Sequence record: SRR31156797_6029
Reading direction: 5' to 3' (one strand)
DNA: 48,575 nucleotides
The stretch's first letter is position 1, and each line of letters begins with the position of its first letter. Below are positions 10,485-19,697 of this stretch, in pieces. Under the pieces are notes generated by a model that worked only from the letters and a program-made list of their open reading frames with translations, had not been told where the DNA came from and searched no databases. A program made the position numbers and the translations under genes.

Positions 10485-11720
10485 GTGTTGTTTTTGAGTT
10501 TTAAGAAATATTTATTGGCTTTTTTTTGTGGAATAGTAATCCTTGTTTTTTTTGGGGGCTGCTCGACCCACAGTGTTCGGCCAGAGTCTCCGATTAAAGG
10601 ATATAATAAGATAGAAGCAGCTCAAGTTTCGGGTCTTATAAACCGTTTGCAATATCAGGGCGGTGAAGATTTTTCATGGTTGGATCTGCAGAAAGGTATT
10701 GAGCGGAACATCAGATTTTTATCACGTAAACCTGATAAAGGTGTGGCTGCAAAGTACGGACGCATGCAGATTACATGGGGAATGCTTAAGCGTACCAATG
10801 AAGAAATGCTTAAGCTTCTGCCTCAGCTTGAGGAATATCCGGAGCTTTTGGATGAGAAATTCGTCTGGTATTCCATGGCTCCGCGAACTTTATTGACCGG
10901 ATATTATGAACCGTATCTGGAAGCTTCACTTGTTCCGCATCCAGATTATCCGTATCCGCTCTACAGTATTCCCAGCGATCTCCAGACCCTTGATCTTGGA
11001 AAATTTCATCATCGTTGGAAAGGCCAGCACCTTATTTACCGTCAGGAAGAGGGATCGGTTCGGCCTTATTACGATCGTGAAGATATTGATTTTGAGGGAG
11101 CCTTGCAGGATAAGGGCCTTGAAATCGCATGGGTCAAAGATTTAGTGGATGTCTTTATTCTTCAGATTCAGGGCTCAGGACGTCTTGTTTTGCCGGATGG
11201 GAGTGTAAAGCATGTGCTTTATGCCGGTAAAAATGGACTGAAATACGTTTCACTTGGAAAGGTGCTGATCCAGCGCGGATTTCTTCCCAAGGAAGGCATG
11301 AGCATGCAGAAGATCAAGGCTTTCCTTAGTGCTAACCCCGATCTGGTTCAGGAACTGCTGACCACTAATCCCAGCTATGTGTTCTTTAGAATAGATGATG
11401 AAGGTCCATTCGGTTCCATGGGCGCACCGCTTACACCTATGGCCAGTGTTGCTGTGGACAGTAAGGTTCTCCCACTCGGTTCGCTGGCTTTATTGACCAC
11501 CCGCCTTCCGCAGCAGGATGAGAAGAGTAAGACTCCTTTTGCTAAAATAGTCATGGCGCAGGATCGCGGCGGGGCCATCAAAGGAACCAGGGTTGATTTA
11601 TTTTGCGGTTCCGGTCCAGATGCGGAATATCTGGCAGGTCATCTGACTTCATGGTCCCATGTGTATTTTCCGGTCAGCCGTGCATTTATGGAAGAGCAGG
11701 AAGCTGCAAAAGTCGAGTAG
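10485..11720 (+). CDS. mltA: Membrane-bound lytic murein transglycosylase A (lipoprotein)
   Basis: Lipobox-like FGGC, LTGYYEP, LQIQGSG, NPSYVFF, AQDRGGAIKG-RVDLFCGSG (3D domain). Confidence 0.93.
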   Translation: MLFLSFKKYLLAFFCGIVILVFFGGCSTHSVRPESPIKGYNKIEAAQVSGLINRLQYQGGEDFSWLDLQKGIERNIRFLSRKPDKGVAAKYGRMQITWGMLKRTNEEMLKLLPQLEEYPELLDEKFVWYSMAPRTLLTGYYEPYLEASLVPHPDYPYPLYSIPSDLQTLDLGKFHHRWKGQHLIYRQEEGSVRPYYDREDIDFEGALQDKGLEIAWVKDLVDVFILQIQGSGRLVLPDGSVKHVLYAGKNGLKYVSLGKVLIQRGFLPKEGMSMQKIKAFLSANPDLVQELLTTNPSYVFFRIDDEGPFGSMGAPLTPMASVAVDSKVLPLGSLALLTTRLPQQDEKSKTPFAKIVMAQDRGGAIKGTRVDLFCGSGPDAEYLAGHLTSWSHVYFPVSRAFMEEQEAAKVE

Positions 11721-11724
11721 TTTT

Positions 11725-12453
11725 ATGCAGGTTCGCATTGTCCATATTTTTCATAACTGTTTTGTGATCGAAGCAGGGGAAAACAGTTATGTTTTCGATA
11801 TCCCGGCTGATAGATTCAGGAGTAAAAAGGTTCTGTCCGTTTTGCAGGATGTTCTTGCCGGACGGAAAGTAACAGTCTTCTTTTCGCATAGCCATCTTGA
11901 TCATTTCGCACCGGACTACCGTGAAGTCTGCGCAAGGGCTGCGTCTTTGCAAGTCGTGATTTCAGATGACATTGAAGAGATGTACCCTGATCTTGATTTT
12001 GGTGATGCGCTTATTGTTGAGCCGGATGAAAAGTATGATTTTAATGGACTGGGAATTGAAACTCTCATGTCTAATGATCTGGGAGTGGCTTTTCTTTTCA
12101 GCACTACCGATGGTTTGAGAGTCTACAACGGTGGTGATCTGGCCTGTTGGGATTGGGATACAGCTTCACAGAATGAACTTGATTTTACCCGTTCATTCTT
12201 TCGTTCAGCTGTGGATAGAGTTATCAATTACGGCGTCCATATTGCTTTTTCCAACGTGGACAGAAGACTGGAAAGTCTTGCCGGAGGCGGAGAGCTTGCG
12301 AGGACGGTAAAACCTCAGGTCTTTGTGCCGACCCATTCTCTTGGGCGGACACAGTGGCTGCAGGGAATTCATGAAAAACTGGGTATTCCAGAAGATAATT
12401 GTTTCACTTACCTCCGAGCAGGTGATGCTCAACTATATAATATCCAAGCTTAA
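11725..12453 (+). CDS. Metallo-beta-lactamase-fold hydrolase
   Basis: SHSHLDH (HxHxDH), YNGGDL, VPTH. ATG 11725 lies 4 nt after the mltA stop. Confidence 0.85.
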   Translation: MQVRIVHIFHNCFVIEAGENSYVFDIPADRFRSKKVLSVLQDVLAGRKVTVFFSHSHLDHFAPDYREVCARAASLQVVISDDIEEMYPDLDFGDALIVEPDEKYDFNGLGIETLMSNDLGVAFLFSTTDGLRVYNGGDLACWDWDTASQNELDFTRSFFRSAVDRVINYGVHIAFSNVDRRLESLAGGGELARTVKPQVFVPTHSLGRTQWLQGIHEKLGIPEDNCFTYLRAGDAQLYNIQA

Positions 12454-12465
12454 ATAGCATACGTA

Positions 12466-12501
12466 AAAGAACCCCGGAGGCATAAGCTTCCGGGGTTCTT
12501 T
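12466..12501. terminator. Bidirectional terminator between convergent genes
   Basis: AAAGAACCCCGGAG...CTTCCGGGGTTCTTT with an A-tract on one side and a T-tract on the other. Confidence 0.8.
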
Positions 12502-12531
12502 GTTTGTAGTTTGAAAATTTTAGGTTTGGTT

Positions 12532-12741
12532 TTATCCGCAGCCGTTGCAACCTTTACATGGCTCTTTATATCCGCCCATTCCCTTGGGAATGCCGTTGGG
12601 GCGCACATTGCCCATGGAGAGCAGCTTTTCACATTCTTTCTGGCCGCATTCGGGGCAGTCAGCCTTAGCATCCTTCCCAGGCATTACCAGTTCATCAAAT
12701 TCTTTACCGCATTTTGGGCACTTAAATTCATATATAGGCAT
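12532..12741 (-). CDS. FmdB-family zinc-ribbon protein
   Basis: MPIYEFKCPKCGKEFDEL...CPECG...LLS, and a C-terminal CKGCNGCG. Confidence 0.9.
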   Translation of the reverse strand: MPIYEFKCPKCGKEFDELVMPGKDAKADCPECGQKECEKLLSMGNVRPNGIPKGMGGYKEPCKGCNGCG

Positions 12742-12849
12742 TAGCTGACTCCTTTTAGCTCTTGTGATTGTACTTAAGGGAGCATTGCTCCGTATTTAGT
12801 CCTGCTGAAGTCAGGGGTAAGAGAAAATTACGTGCTTTTCAAGAGAAAT

Positions 12850-13842
12850 CTATATGCTTCGTGAGAGCAGCGTCCCTCCGCCCAGCCTTCCCAGTTGGGA
12901 GAAAAAGCCGTTAAGCTGCCCGTGAACCTGTCCGGCCTGCTTGTCCTGCTGCTCCTGAATTTTTGCGGCTTTATCTAGCAGAGTGTTGATATTCTTTGTT
13001 ATTTTGGCAAGCTTGTCCTGCTCTTCGTCAGATAGTCCGGATTCCTTGGCTTTTGCTTTAAGGGCATCTGATTGCTCATCAAGTTTGTAATAAAGAGTTT
13101 TTTCCACTTTGCTGAGACCGTGAGTGACCAAGCTGCCTGCAATTCTTTCCATTTCGGCAAGGATTGTTTCAGCCCGTTTGCTTTCTTCTTCGTTGAGTTC
13201 TTTTTTTGTGGTCCCTTTGATTTCGTCTATCTGCTTGTTCAGGTCATCCGCTTTGGCTTGCTCTTCTTTATTTAAAGTTTTGGGGCCGGTTATGCCGAAT
13301 AATTCTTTCAGTTCTTTCTGGATGGAAGCTTCTTTCCGTTTTTCCGCAGCAGAGAGTACTTTGCCTTCAGGATAGTACATTTTTTTCAGTTCCCATTTCA
13401 GGCTTTCAGCTCTTCGGCGGTCTGCGCCCTGCGGGTCCTTGGTTGGAACGATTTCATAAAGTTCGTCCAGTTTTGTCTGGAGTTCATCTACTTTCTTTTG
13501 TTCTTCGGAAGTGAGTTTTTTTGGGTCCTTATCAAGACCGTAAAGTTCATCCAGCTCTTTTTTCAGTTTTTTAAACTTTGCTTCCTGTTCTTCGCGGAGA
13601 GACGAATCGTTGACACCATAAATATTGTTCAGCTGTGAGAAGTATCCATTTACCTGCTGTTGTTCGCTGGAGTTCAGCCCAAAGCTCATGGTAGCGAATT
13701 GCATCTGCAGCTGTCTACGTATCTGAGAAGGAGTTAAGCTGTTTGAAATATTGGGAGTTCTTGCGCTTTGGGAGTTGTTGGCTATGTTAGAAAAATAGCT
13801 TCCGGCAGTGCTTGATCCACTTAAAACTGAGCTGGTGAACAT
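12850..13842 (-). CDS. Hypothetical protein: Ser/Asn-rich N-terminus plus about nine helical 26-28-aa repeats
   Basis: Long ORF with AGGAG RBS before ATG 13842. Repeated L(T/S/N)xEExxKxxxLxxxLxELYG-like units. Confidence 0.8.
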   Translation of the reverse strand: MFTSSVLSGSSTAGSYFSNIANNSQSARTPNISNSLTPSQIRRQLQMQFATMSFGLNSSEQQQVNGYFSQLNNIYGVNDSSLREEQEAKFKKLKKELDELYGLDKDPKKLTSEEQKKVDELQTKLDELYEIVPTKDPQGADRRRAESLKWELKKMYYPEGKVLSAAEKRKEASIQKELKELFGITGPKTLNKEEQAKADDLNKQIDEIKGTTKKELNEEESKRAETILAEMERIAGSLVTHGLSKVEKTLYYKLDEQSDALKAKAKESGLSDEEQDKLAKITKNINTLLDKAAKIQEQQDKQAGQVHGQLNGFFSQLGRLGGGTLLSRSI

Positions 13843-13903
13843 TTTCAGGCTCCTGAGAATATTGTTAGGAAATCTTTTCCGTAAATTTATTTTTCTTAAG
13901 AAA

Positions 13904-13919
13904 AGCAAAAAATGTGCCG
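13904..13919 (-). promoter_or_regulatory. Sigma54 (RpoN) -24/-12 promoter
   Basis: Minus strand reads CGGCAC-ATTTT-TTGCT, matching YGGCAC-N5-TTGCW with exact GG-N10-GC spacing, about 60 nt upstream of ATG 13842. Confidence 0.7.
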
Positions 13920-14096
13920 GGATATGATTTTTGGGTTCAGGATATTTAAGTAAGTGGCTGGGGAAGGGGGGGGCGCCATTAAAAAATTAAAGTTCATGTT
14001 TTTAAAATTACTTGGTTGCGCTGGCTTAATATTTGTGAGAATCACGGAGTGTTTACGGGGAGGATGGATCAAAAATTTTAAAAAAGGTTTAAATTC

Positions 14097-14125
14097 TTGA
14101 TTTGAAATCGTCCTTGGAGTATAGT
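14097..14125 (+). promoter_or_regulatory. Candidate sigma70 promoter
   Basis: TTGATT-N17-TATAGT, upstream of the AGGAGG RBS and ATG 14165. Confidence 0.55.
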
Positions 14126-14164
14126 CCTTTTTCGTTATAAACACGATCATTTAGGAGGAAAAAA

Positions 14165-14620
14165 ATGAGCGCAGCAACTGAAAAAGTGCATCAGATCGAA
14201 GATTACCAGCAGAATGAAGAAGTGCTGGGTGAAGACATCGCAGCTGGTGTCGGTGAAACTGCTCAGAAAGACATGGGTAAGGTAGCAATTATCATCTCTT
14301 TCATGGCAGTTGTTCTTCTTGTAGTATTTTTCTACGGCCTGAATCAGAATCTGACCAGCCTGACCGCTGAAGTTAAAGATCTGCAGACCGTACGCGGTGA
14401 CGTGGAAGCCCTGAATTCCCAGATGACTGTTGTAGACGGCAGACTGGTTGAACTCGAAAAACTTCCCACTAAAACCAGACATATTATTATGGACGGCATT
14501 ATTGAAGAAATGAACCAGAAAGCTGCTTACGTTGGAGCTCAGCTCAGCGAAGAAGAGCAGGCTAAGCTTGCAAAGGTTCAGGAGCTCCTCAAGGACGTAC
14601 AGTCCGGCCTCCAGAAATAA
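14165..14620 (+). CDS. Hypothetical single-pass membrane protein with a C-terminal coiled coil
   Basis: Strong RBS, acidic N-terminus, one TM (VAIIISFMAVVLLVVFFYGL), heptad-rich tail. Confidence 0.85.
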   Translation: MSAATEKVHQIEDYQQNEEVLGEDIAAGVGETAQKDMGKVAIIISFMAVVLLVVFFYGLNQNLTSLTAEVKDLQTVRGDVEALNSQMTVVDGRLVELEKLPTKTRHIIMDGIIEEMNQKAAYVGAQLSEEEQAKLAKVQELLKDVQSGLQK

Positions 14621-14643
14621 TAGCTTTGAGCGATCAAAGTTCG

Positions 14644-14676
14644 GGCGCACCGGGAATTCCCGGTGCGCCTTTTTTT
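14644..14676 (+). terminator. Rho-independent terminator (perfect 26-bp palindrome plus T-tract)
   Basis: GGCGCACCGGGAATTCCCGGTGCGCC followed by TTTTTTT, between convergent genes. Confidence 0.85.
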
Positions 14677-14754
14677 ATACACATCGTTCCAGTTTTTTCT
14701 TGCGCCTTGCATCTGGCTCTTTCTAAGCCGTTTGATAGTTTTTGTTTTGGAAGT

Positions 14755-16863
14755 CTATTCTACTTTTTCTCCGACCCGGTTGGTGAATACATTTTCCAGC
14801 GGGACATCCCGATCATAGCAGGTCAGCCCGCAGCGCAGGCAGCGAGAGGTTTCGTGACGTAGTTCTTCTTCGCTGAGACAGCCTTCAATTTCTTTGAAGG
14901 TTGAAGTGCGGTCTTCTCCGGTGCAGTTGTGGGGCATTTCGGTGCGGTCTTTGTTTTTGCAGCCGTCCACATCCTTAAAAAGAGTATAGGGAATCAGGTC
15001 TCGCATGGTGTTATCGGCTACAGGTATTTCACCTGTAGTCAGCAGATAGTGAATGGAACGGGCAGCATGCCTTCCGGCTCCTACTGCTGATATGACCAGA
15101 TCTGGTCCTGAAACAGCATCTCCTCCGGCAAAAACCATGGGGATAGATGTCTGCATGGTCTCCGGGTTTGCATCGATAGTTCGCCAGCGGGTGAAGTCGA
15201 TATTGCACTGCTCTTCGCCTTCAGTGTAAAAGCAGGAAAGCTGGGGCTTTTGTCCGATGGCGGAGATGATTGTGTCCACTGGATAACGTTCTTCCGTTCC
15301 TTCTATCGGTACAGGGCGGCGGCGTCCTGATTCGTCAGGTTCACCCAACTCCATTTTTATGCATTCCAGATGAGTGGCTTTGCCTTTGTCATCAATGATG
15401 ACTTTGGTCGGTGCTGCAAGAAATTCATATTTTACGCCTTCATCTTCGGCTCCGACGATTTCTTCCATGTTGGCGGGCATTTCATTGCGTGTGCGCCGAT
15501 AGAGCAGGGTGACTTCGCATCCATAGCGTATGCACGTTCGAGCAGCATCAATAGCAGTGTTTCCGCCTCCGACAACAATGACTTTTTTGCCGATATTAGG
15601 TGTCTGGCCCAGTCCTACAGCGGTAAGAAATTCAGTGCCGGAAATCACGCCTTGGGCATTTTCTCCGTCAATGCGCAGGGTGCCGCTGGCCCATGCTCCG
15701 ATGCCCATGAAAAATGCTTCAAATCCTTCTTCTGCAAGGTCGTTAATAGTGAAGTCTGTTCCCAATTTTTGCTCTGTACGTACATCTATACCGAGGTCCA
15801 GTATGCCTTGGATTTCCCATGCGAGATCTTTTTTAGGCAACCTGTATTCCGGGATACCGTAACGCAACTGACCACCCAGTTCAGGCATGGCTTCGATTAT
15901 GGTCGGGCTGTGTCCAAGGCGGCGCAGATAGTTGGCACAGGAAAGTCCTGCCGGTCCGCCGCCGATGATGGCGACCCTGTGACCGGTGTCTTTGGCGCAG
16001 GGAATAGGTAAACGCAGGTTGTTATTCATTTCCCAGTCGGCCACAAACCGTTTAATCATGTTAATGCCAACAGCTTCATCCACATGGGTGCGGCGGCAGA
16101 TTGCTTCACAGGGGCGCGGGCAGACCCGGCCGCAAACCAGCAGCAGGGGGTTGCGTTCACGGATAATATTGACCGCTCCAGCGTAATCGCCCTTGTTTGC
16201 GGCTTCGATATAGCGGGGGATGTTGATGTTGGCAGGGCATTCCTGCTGGCAGGGTGCAAGGCAGTCGTTAACCTCTTCCGCATGCAGCAATTTAGCACTC
16301 ATGGAGACAATGGAAAGCACTCCGCGCGGGCAGGCTTCTACGCATTTGCGGCAGGCTCGGCAGGCCAGCGGGTCAACCACGGGCAATCCTTCCGGGCCCA
16401 TGTGGATGGCATCAAAAGGGCAGACTGCAACACAGGTCCCAAGGCCGAGACAGCCTTCGGGACAGGTCTTGGCTCCGTCATAGAGTAAGGCCTGTGCGCG
16501 GCAGTTGTTGGCTCCTTCGTAATTGAAAAGTTCTTCGGCACGTTCCCCACCTGTGCAGTCCCGGAAAGCAAGTTCCGGTTCCATTTCCAGTACTTCCAGT
16601 CCCATGACAGAGCCTACGGCTTGTGCTGTTTCAATGCCGCCGATGACGCAGACGTTGGCTCCGGATTTACCTTCCACCACGGCATTGGCCGCACCATTAC
16701 ATCCTGCATAACCGCAGCCACCGCAGTTCACTCCGGGTAAAACGTCCTCAACCTGCGCAATACGCGGGTCTTCTTTGACGTACAGGATTTTGGAGGCCAC
16801 AGCGAGAATCGTTGCGGCGGTGAAGCCCAAGCCCATAAGTACGAGAAGTGAATTAAGAATCAT
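14755..16863 (-). CDS. rnfB: RnfB fused to a GltD/NfnB-like FAD- and FeS-containing NAD(P)H oxidoreductase
   Basis: N-terminal TM, LPGVNCGGCGYAGC, ferredoxin motifs CLGLGTCVAVCP and CRACRKCVEACP, then APCQQECP...VCGRVCPRPCE, GGGPAG, GGGNTAID, YRR, FAGGD. Confidence 0.9.
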   Translation of the reverse strand: MILNSLLVLMGLGFTAATILAVASKILYVKEDPRIAQVEDVLPGVNCGGCGYAGCNGAANAVVEGKSGANVCVIGGIETAQAVGSVMGLEVLEMEPELAFRDCTGGERAEELFNYEGANNCRAQALLYDGAKTCPEGCLGLGTCVAVCPFDAIHMGPEGLPVVDPLACRACRKCVEACPRGVLSIVSMSAKLLHAEEVNDCLAPCQQECPANINIPRYIEAANKGDYAGAVNIIRERNPLLLVCGRVCPRPCEAICRRTHVDEAVGINMIKRFVADWEMNNNLRLPIPCAKDTGHRVAIIGGGPAGLSCANYLRRLGHSPTIIEAMPELGGQLRYGIPEYRLPKKDLAWEIQGILDLGIDVRTEQKLGTDFTINDLAEEGFEAFFMGIGAWASGTLRIDGENAQGVISGTEFLTAVGLGQTPNIGKKVIVVGGGNTAIDAARTCIRYGCEVTLLYRRTRNEMPANMEEIVGAEDEGVKYEFLAAPTKVIIDDKGKATHLECIKMELGEPDESGRRRPVPIEGTEERYPVDTIISAIGQKPQLSCFYTEGEEQCNIDFTRWRTIDANPETMQTSIPMVFAGGDAVSGPDLVISAVGAGRHAARSIHYLLTTGEIPVADNTMRDLIPYTLFKDVDGCKNKDRTEMPHNCTGEDRTSTFKEIEGCLSEEELRHETSRCLRCGLTCYDRDVPLENVFTNRVGEKVE

Positions 16864-16865
16864 AA

Positions 16866-17441
16866 CTAAATCATCCCTTTAAATGCAAAAAAAGCAAGAG
16901 ACATTAAGCCTGCCATGACTAGCGCAATGGGTGTTCCTTTCATGGATTTTGGTGTCCTTGAAACCTCAATCCGCTCCCTGATGGCTGAGAGTACAATCAA
17001 GGCGAGCATGAAGCCCAACCCGGAAGCAAAGGAAAAGGCCACGGTTTTGATGAAAGTGAACTCCTCCCGCTGACAGATGATGGCAATACCCATTACCGCA
17101 CAGTTAGTGGTAATCAACGGCAGAAAGATACCGAGCGATTTGTAAAGCGGGGGCACAGCTTTTTTTAGGAACATTTCCACGAACTGGACCAGTGAGGCGA
17201 TGACGAGGATGAAGGTCAGGGTCTGGAGATATTGCAACCCCAGCGGATCGAGCAGGTATTCCTGCACTGCCCAAGTTATCGATGCAGCCATGGTGGCAAC
17301 GAAGACCACAGCTCCGCCCATGCCCATGGCTACGGAAATTTTTTTGGAAGTACCAATGAACGGGCAGTTACCCAAGTATTGGGCAAGGACAATGTTGTTT
17401 ACGAATATGGCCGAGATGAAGAGCAGGAAATATTCTTTCAT
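16866..17441 (-). CDS. rnfA: Rnf complex subunit A
   Basis: NNIVLAQYLGNCPF, LPLITTNCAVMG. Confidence 0.95.
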   Translation of the reverse strand: MKEYFLLFISAIFVNNIVLAQYLGNCPFIGTSKKISVAMGMGGAVVFVATMAASITWAVQEYLLDPLGLQYLQTLTFILVIASLVQFVEMFLKKAVPPLYKSLGIFLPLITTNCAVMGIAIICQREEFTFIKTVAFSFASGLGFMLALIVLSAIRERIEVSRTPKSMKGTPIALVMAGLMSLAFFAFKGMI

Positions 17442-17453
17442 ATTCTATCTCCT

Positions 17454-18119
17454 CTATCGGCTGCATATGCCGCAGGTTTTGCAGTCATGACCGGGATTAT
17501 CCAGTACAGCCTGTCCTTTTCGTCTGGCCTGCCAACTGGTGAATATATTCATGGCTGAGAGCATAAGTCCAAGGCAGACAAAAGCTCCCGGCGCCTCGAC
17601 CATGAATGAAAAAGGTTTGAAACTGGTGGGCATGATTTGATTTCCGAAAAGGGTGCCATAACCGAAAAGTTCACGCAGGCCGCCGAGCAGGGTCAGGGAA
17701 ATGGTGAAACCGATGCCCATGCCCAGACCGTCCGCAGCGGAAAGCAGAATGGGATTCTTGGAAGCAAAGGCTTCGGCCCGACCAAGGATGATACAGTTGA
17801 CCACAATGAGCGGAACGAAGATGCCCAGTTGCTGGTAGAGCGGATAGGCAAAGGCTTGCATGAGCAACTCCACCGAGACAACCAGTGAGGCCGCGATAAC
17901 GATAAAGCAGGCAATACGCACCTTGGGCGGAATTATTTTGCGGAAAATGGAGACAAGTATATTGGACATAGTCAGCACGAAGATTACTGCCATGCCCATG
18001 CCGAAACCGTTATCCGCAGTCTTGGTCACTGCCAGTACAGGGCAGAGACCGAGCACAACCTTGAATGGGGGCAGGTCCTTCCAGAGTCCTTTTGAAAATT
18101 CTTTCCATAATCTGCTCAT
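17454..18119 (-). CDS. rnfE: Rnf complex subunit E
   Basis: LGLCPVLAVT, PLIVVNCIILGRAEAFASKN, APGAF. Confidence 0.95.
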   Translation of the reverse strand: MSRLWKEFSKGLWKDLPPFKVVLGLCPVLAVTKTADNGFGMGMAVIFVLTMSNILVSIFRKIIPPKVRIACFIVIAASLVVSVELLMQAFAYPLYQQLGIFVPLIVVNCIILGRAEAFASKNPILLSAADGLGMGIGFTISLTLLGGLRELFGYGTLFGNQIMPTSFKPFSFMVEAPGAFVCLGLMLSAMNIFTSWQARRKGQAVLDNPGHDCKTCGICSR

Positions 18120-18132
18120 ATTATGACCCTCA

Positions 18133-18720
18133 TTATGAACCTGCGTTCCATGCTTTTACTATTTGCGGCTTGATTTTCTGGAAAATGGAAATAGCCTGTT
18201 TGACGGCTTCAACCGAGGCAGTTGAGGAGATGGTTGCTCCGGCAATTCCCTCGATATTTCCGCCTTTGGATGCCAGTTCAACGGCTGTAGCATGTCCCTT
18301 GAACTGGCTGGTGAAGCCGTGTCCCGTTACTTTTGATCCTACGCCGGGAGTTTCTTTCATGGTGGTTATTCCGATACCGGAAAGATTCTCTTTATTTATA
18401 TTGAATCCTACCATAACTCCCACGTCTCCGCCGTAACCTTTAGCAAAAGTTTCAAGGGCTACTTCGAGAAGTTGTCCGTTTTTTATAGCTGGAAAAACAG
18501 TGATCTCGTTCTCTGTTCCCGGGACAGTGAATTTCATGCGGTCTTTTACCGGAGAATTGTCATATCCGCTGAGTACTTCATTAATCGCCGGCCCCTGTAC
18601 ATAGGTCAGCACCTGTTCTTCAATGCGGCTTTCAGTAGCTTCCTTCAACGTAGCGAGGGTCACGCTGAACATCCCGCAAATCAGGGTCAGTACTGCGATC
18701 ATTTTTAAGCCTTCTTTCAT
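18133..18720 (-). CDS. rnfG: Rnf complex subunit G (FMN-binding)
   Basis: N-terminal TM, GYGG, ETPGVG, flavinylation motif AGATISS. Confidence 0.93.
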   Translation of the reverse strand: MKEGLKMIAVLTLICGMFSVTLATLKEATESRIEEQVLTYVQGPAINEVLSGYDNSPVKDRMKFTVPGTENEITVFPAIKNGQLLEVALETFAKGYGGDVGVMVGFNINKENLSGIGITTMKETPGVGSKVTGHGFTSQFKGHATAVELASKGGNIEGIAGATISSTASVEAVKQAISIFQKIKPQIVKAWNAGS

Positions 18721-19697
18721 GACCGCCTCCGCAGGTGAATATTGGTTATGCCTCCGAATGGTCCGGGTTTGATTTTATCAACCAGCGGAGTCATCAGGTT
18801 AGCCAGCAGGATGGCAAAGGGCACGCCGTCCGGGTAAATGCCATAGACCCGGATGATGACGACCAGTGTTCCTCCTATGAATCCGTATAGCAGCATGGGG
18901 ATATGACCAGCGGGTGAAGACGGGCCGTCCGTTGCAAGAAAGAATGCCCCGAACAGGGTGGAACCGCAGAGCAGATGGTATTCCGGGGAAGCGTACTCAA
19001 GGGGATCAATGAAAAAGTATATGGCAGCAGTTGCAGCTACCCCGGCTATGAAGGCCAGCGGAATGTCCGGCCTTACAATTCTGCGGGCCAGCAGATAAAC
19101 TCCGCCCAGCATCATAGCTCCAACCTGAGCTGCTCCTGTGCCACCAAGCTGAAAGCCGAGCAGCAGGGACTTGAGCGAGTATTCATCCAGTGTTTCCGGA
19201 CCGAAATTTTTTAACTGGCTCAATGGATAAGTCAGTTCCGAAGCTAACATGGTCATGTCAAAATCCATAAGCTCAGGCCATGAAACAGCCAGCACGGCCC
19301 AGCCTACCAGCGGTACGCAGAGAGGGTTGGTGCCAAGACCTCCGAAAATCATGCGGCCCATGAAAATTGAGATGCCGCTTCCTGCGGCGACCAGCCACCA
19401 TGGCGCTGCCGGGGGGACCAAAAAGCCGAAAAGAAGACCATAGAGCAGGGCTGTATAATTATCCGCTTCAATTTCCCGCTTCATAAAATACAGGCAGATG
19501 GTTTCGGTAATTACCGCCGTAAAGCAGGAAAAGGCCAGTACGCGCACAGCCAGCATCTGATAATGCCAGACAGCAAAGGCCGCAGCCGGAAGCAGGGCGA
19601 TGATTGTTTCCAGCGCATCCTGCTTGAATGTCCTTCCGCAATGGGCATGGGGAGGAATGGAGACGGTCAGTACGGGAGAACCGTTTAATGGTTTCAT
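18717..19697 (-). CDS. rnfD: Rnf complex subunit D
   Basis: PPHAH, IFGGLGTNP, GAFFLATDGPSSP, YPDGVPFAILLAN. Confidence 0.93.
   Translation of the reverse strand: MKPLNGSPVLTVSIPPHAHCGRTFKQDALETIIALLPAAAFAVWHYQMLAVRVLAFSCFTAVITETICLYFMKREIEADNYTALLYGLLFGFLVPPAAPWWLVAAGSGISIFMGRMIFGGLGTNPLCVPLVGWAVLAVSWPELMDFDMTMLASELTYPLSQLKNFGPETLDEYSLKSLLLGFQLGGTGAAQVGAMMLGGVYLLARRIVRPDIPLAFIAGVAATAAIYFFIDPLEYASPEYHLLCGSTLFGAFFLATDGPSSPAGHIPMLLYGFIGGTLVVIIRVYGIYPDGVPFAILLANLMTPLVDKIKPGPFGGITNIHLRRRS

Noticed and set aside
12532-12741. Cys-rich small ORF considered as a RiPP precursor for the PqqD protein
   Set aside because: It matches the FmdB zinc-ribbon pattern (MPIYE.xC..CG) and lies 20 kb from the PqqD gene.
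14147-14650. 167-aa minus-strand ORF
   Set aside because: It is the antisense shadow of 14165-14620, which has the RBS, promoter and terminator.
15370-16711. Several plus-strand ORFs (up to 213 aa) inside rnfB
   Set aside because: They are antisense to a conserved gene and have no domain signatures.
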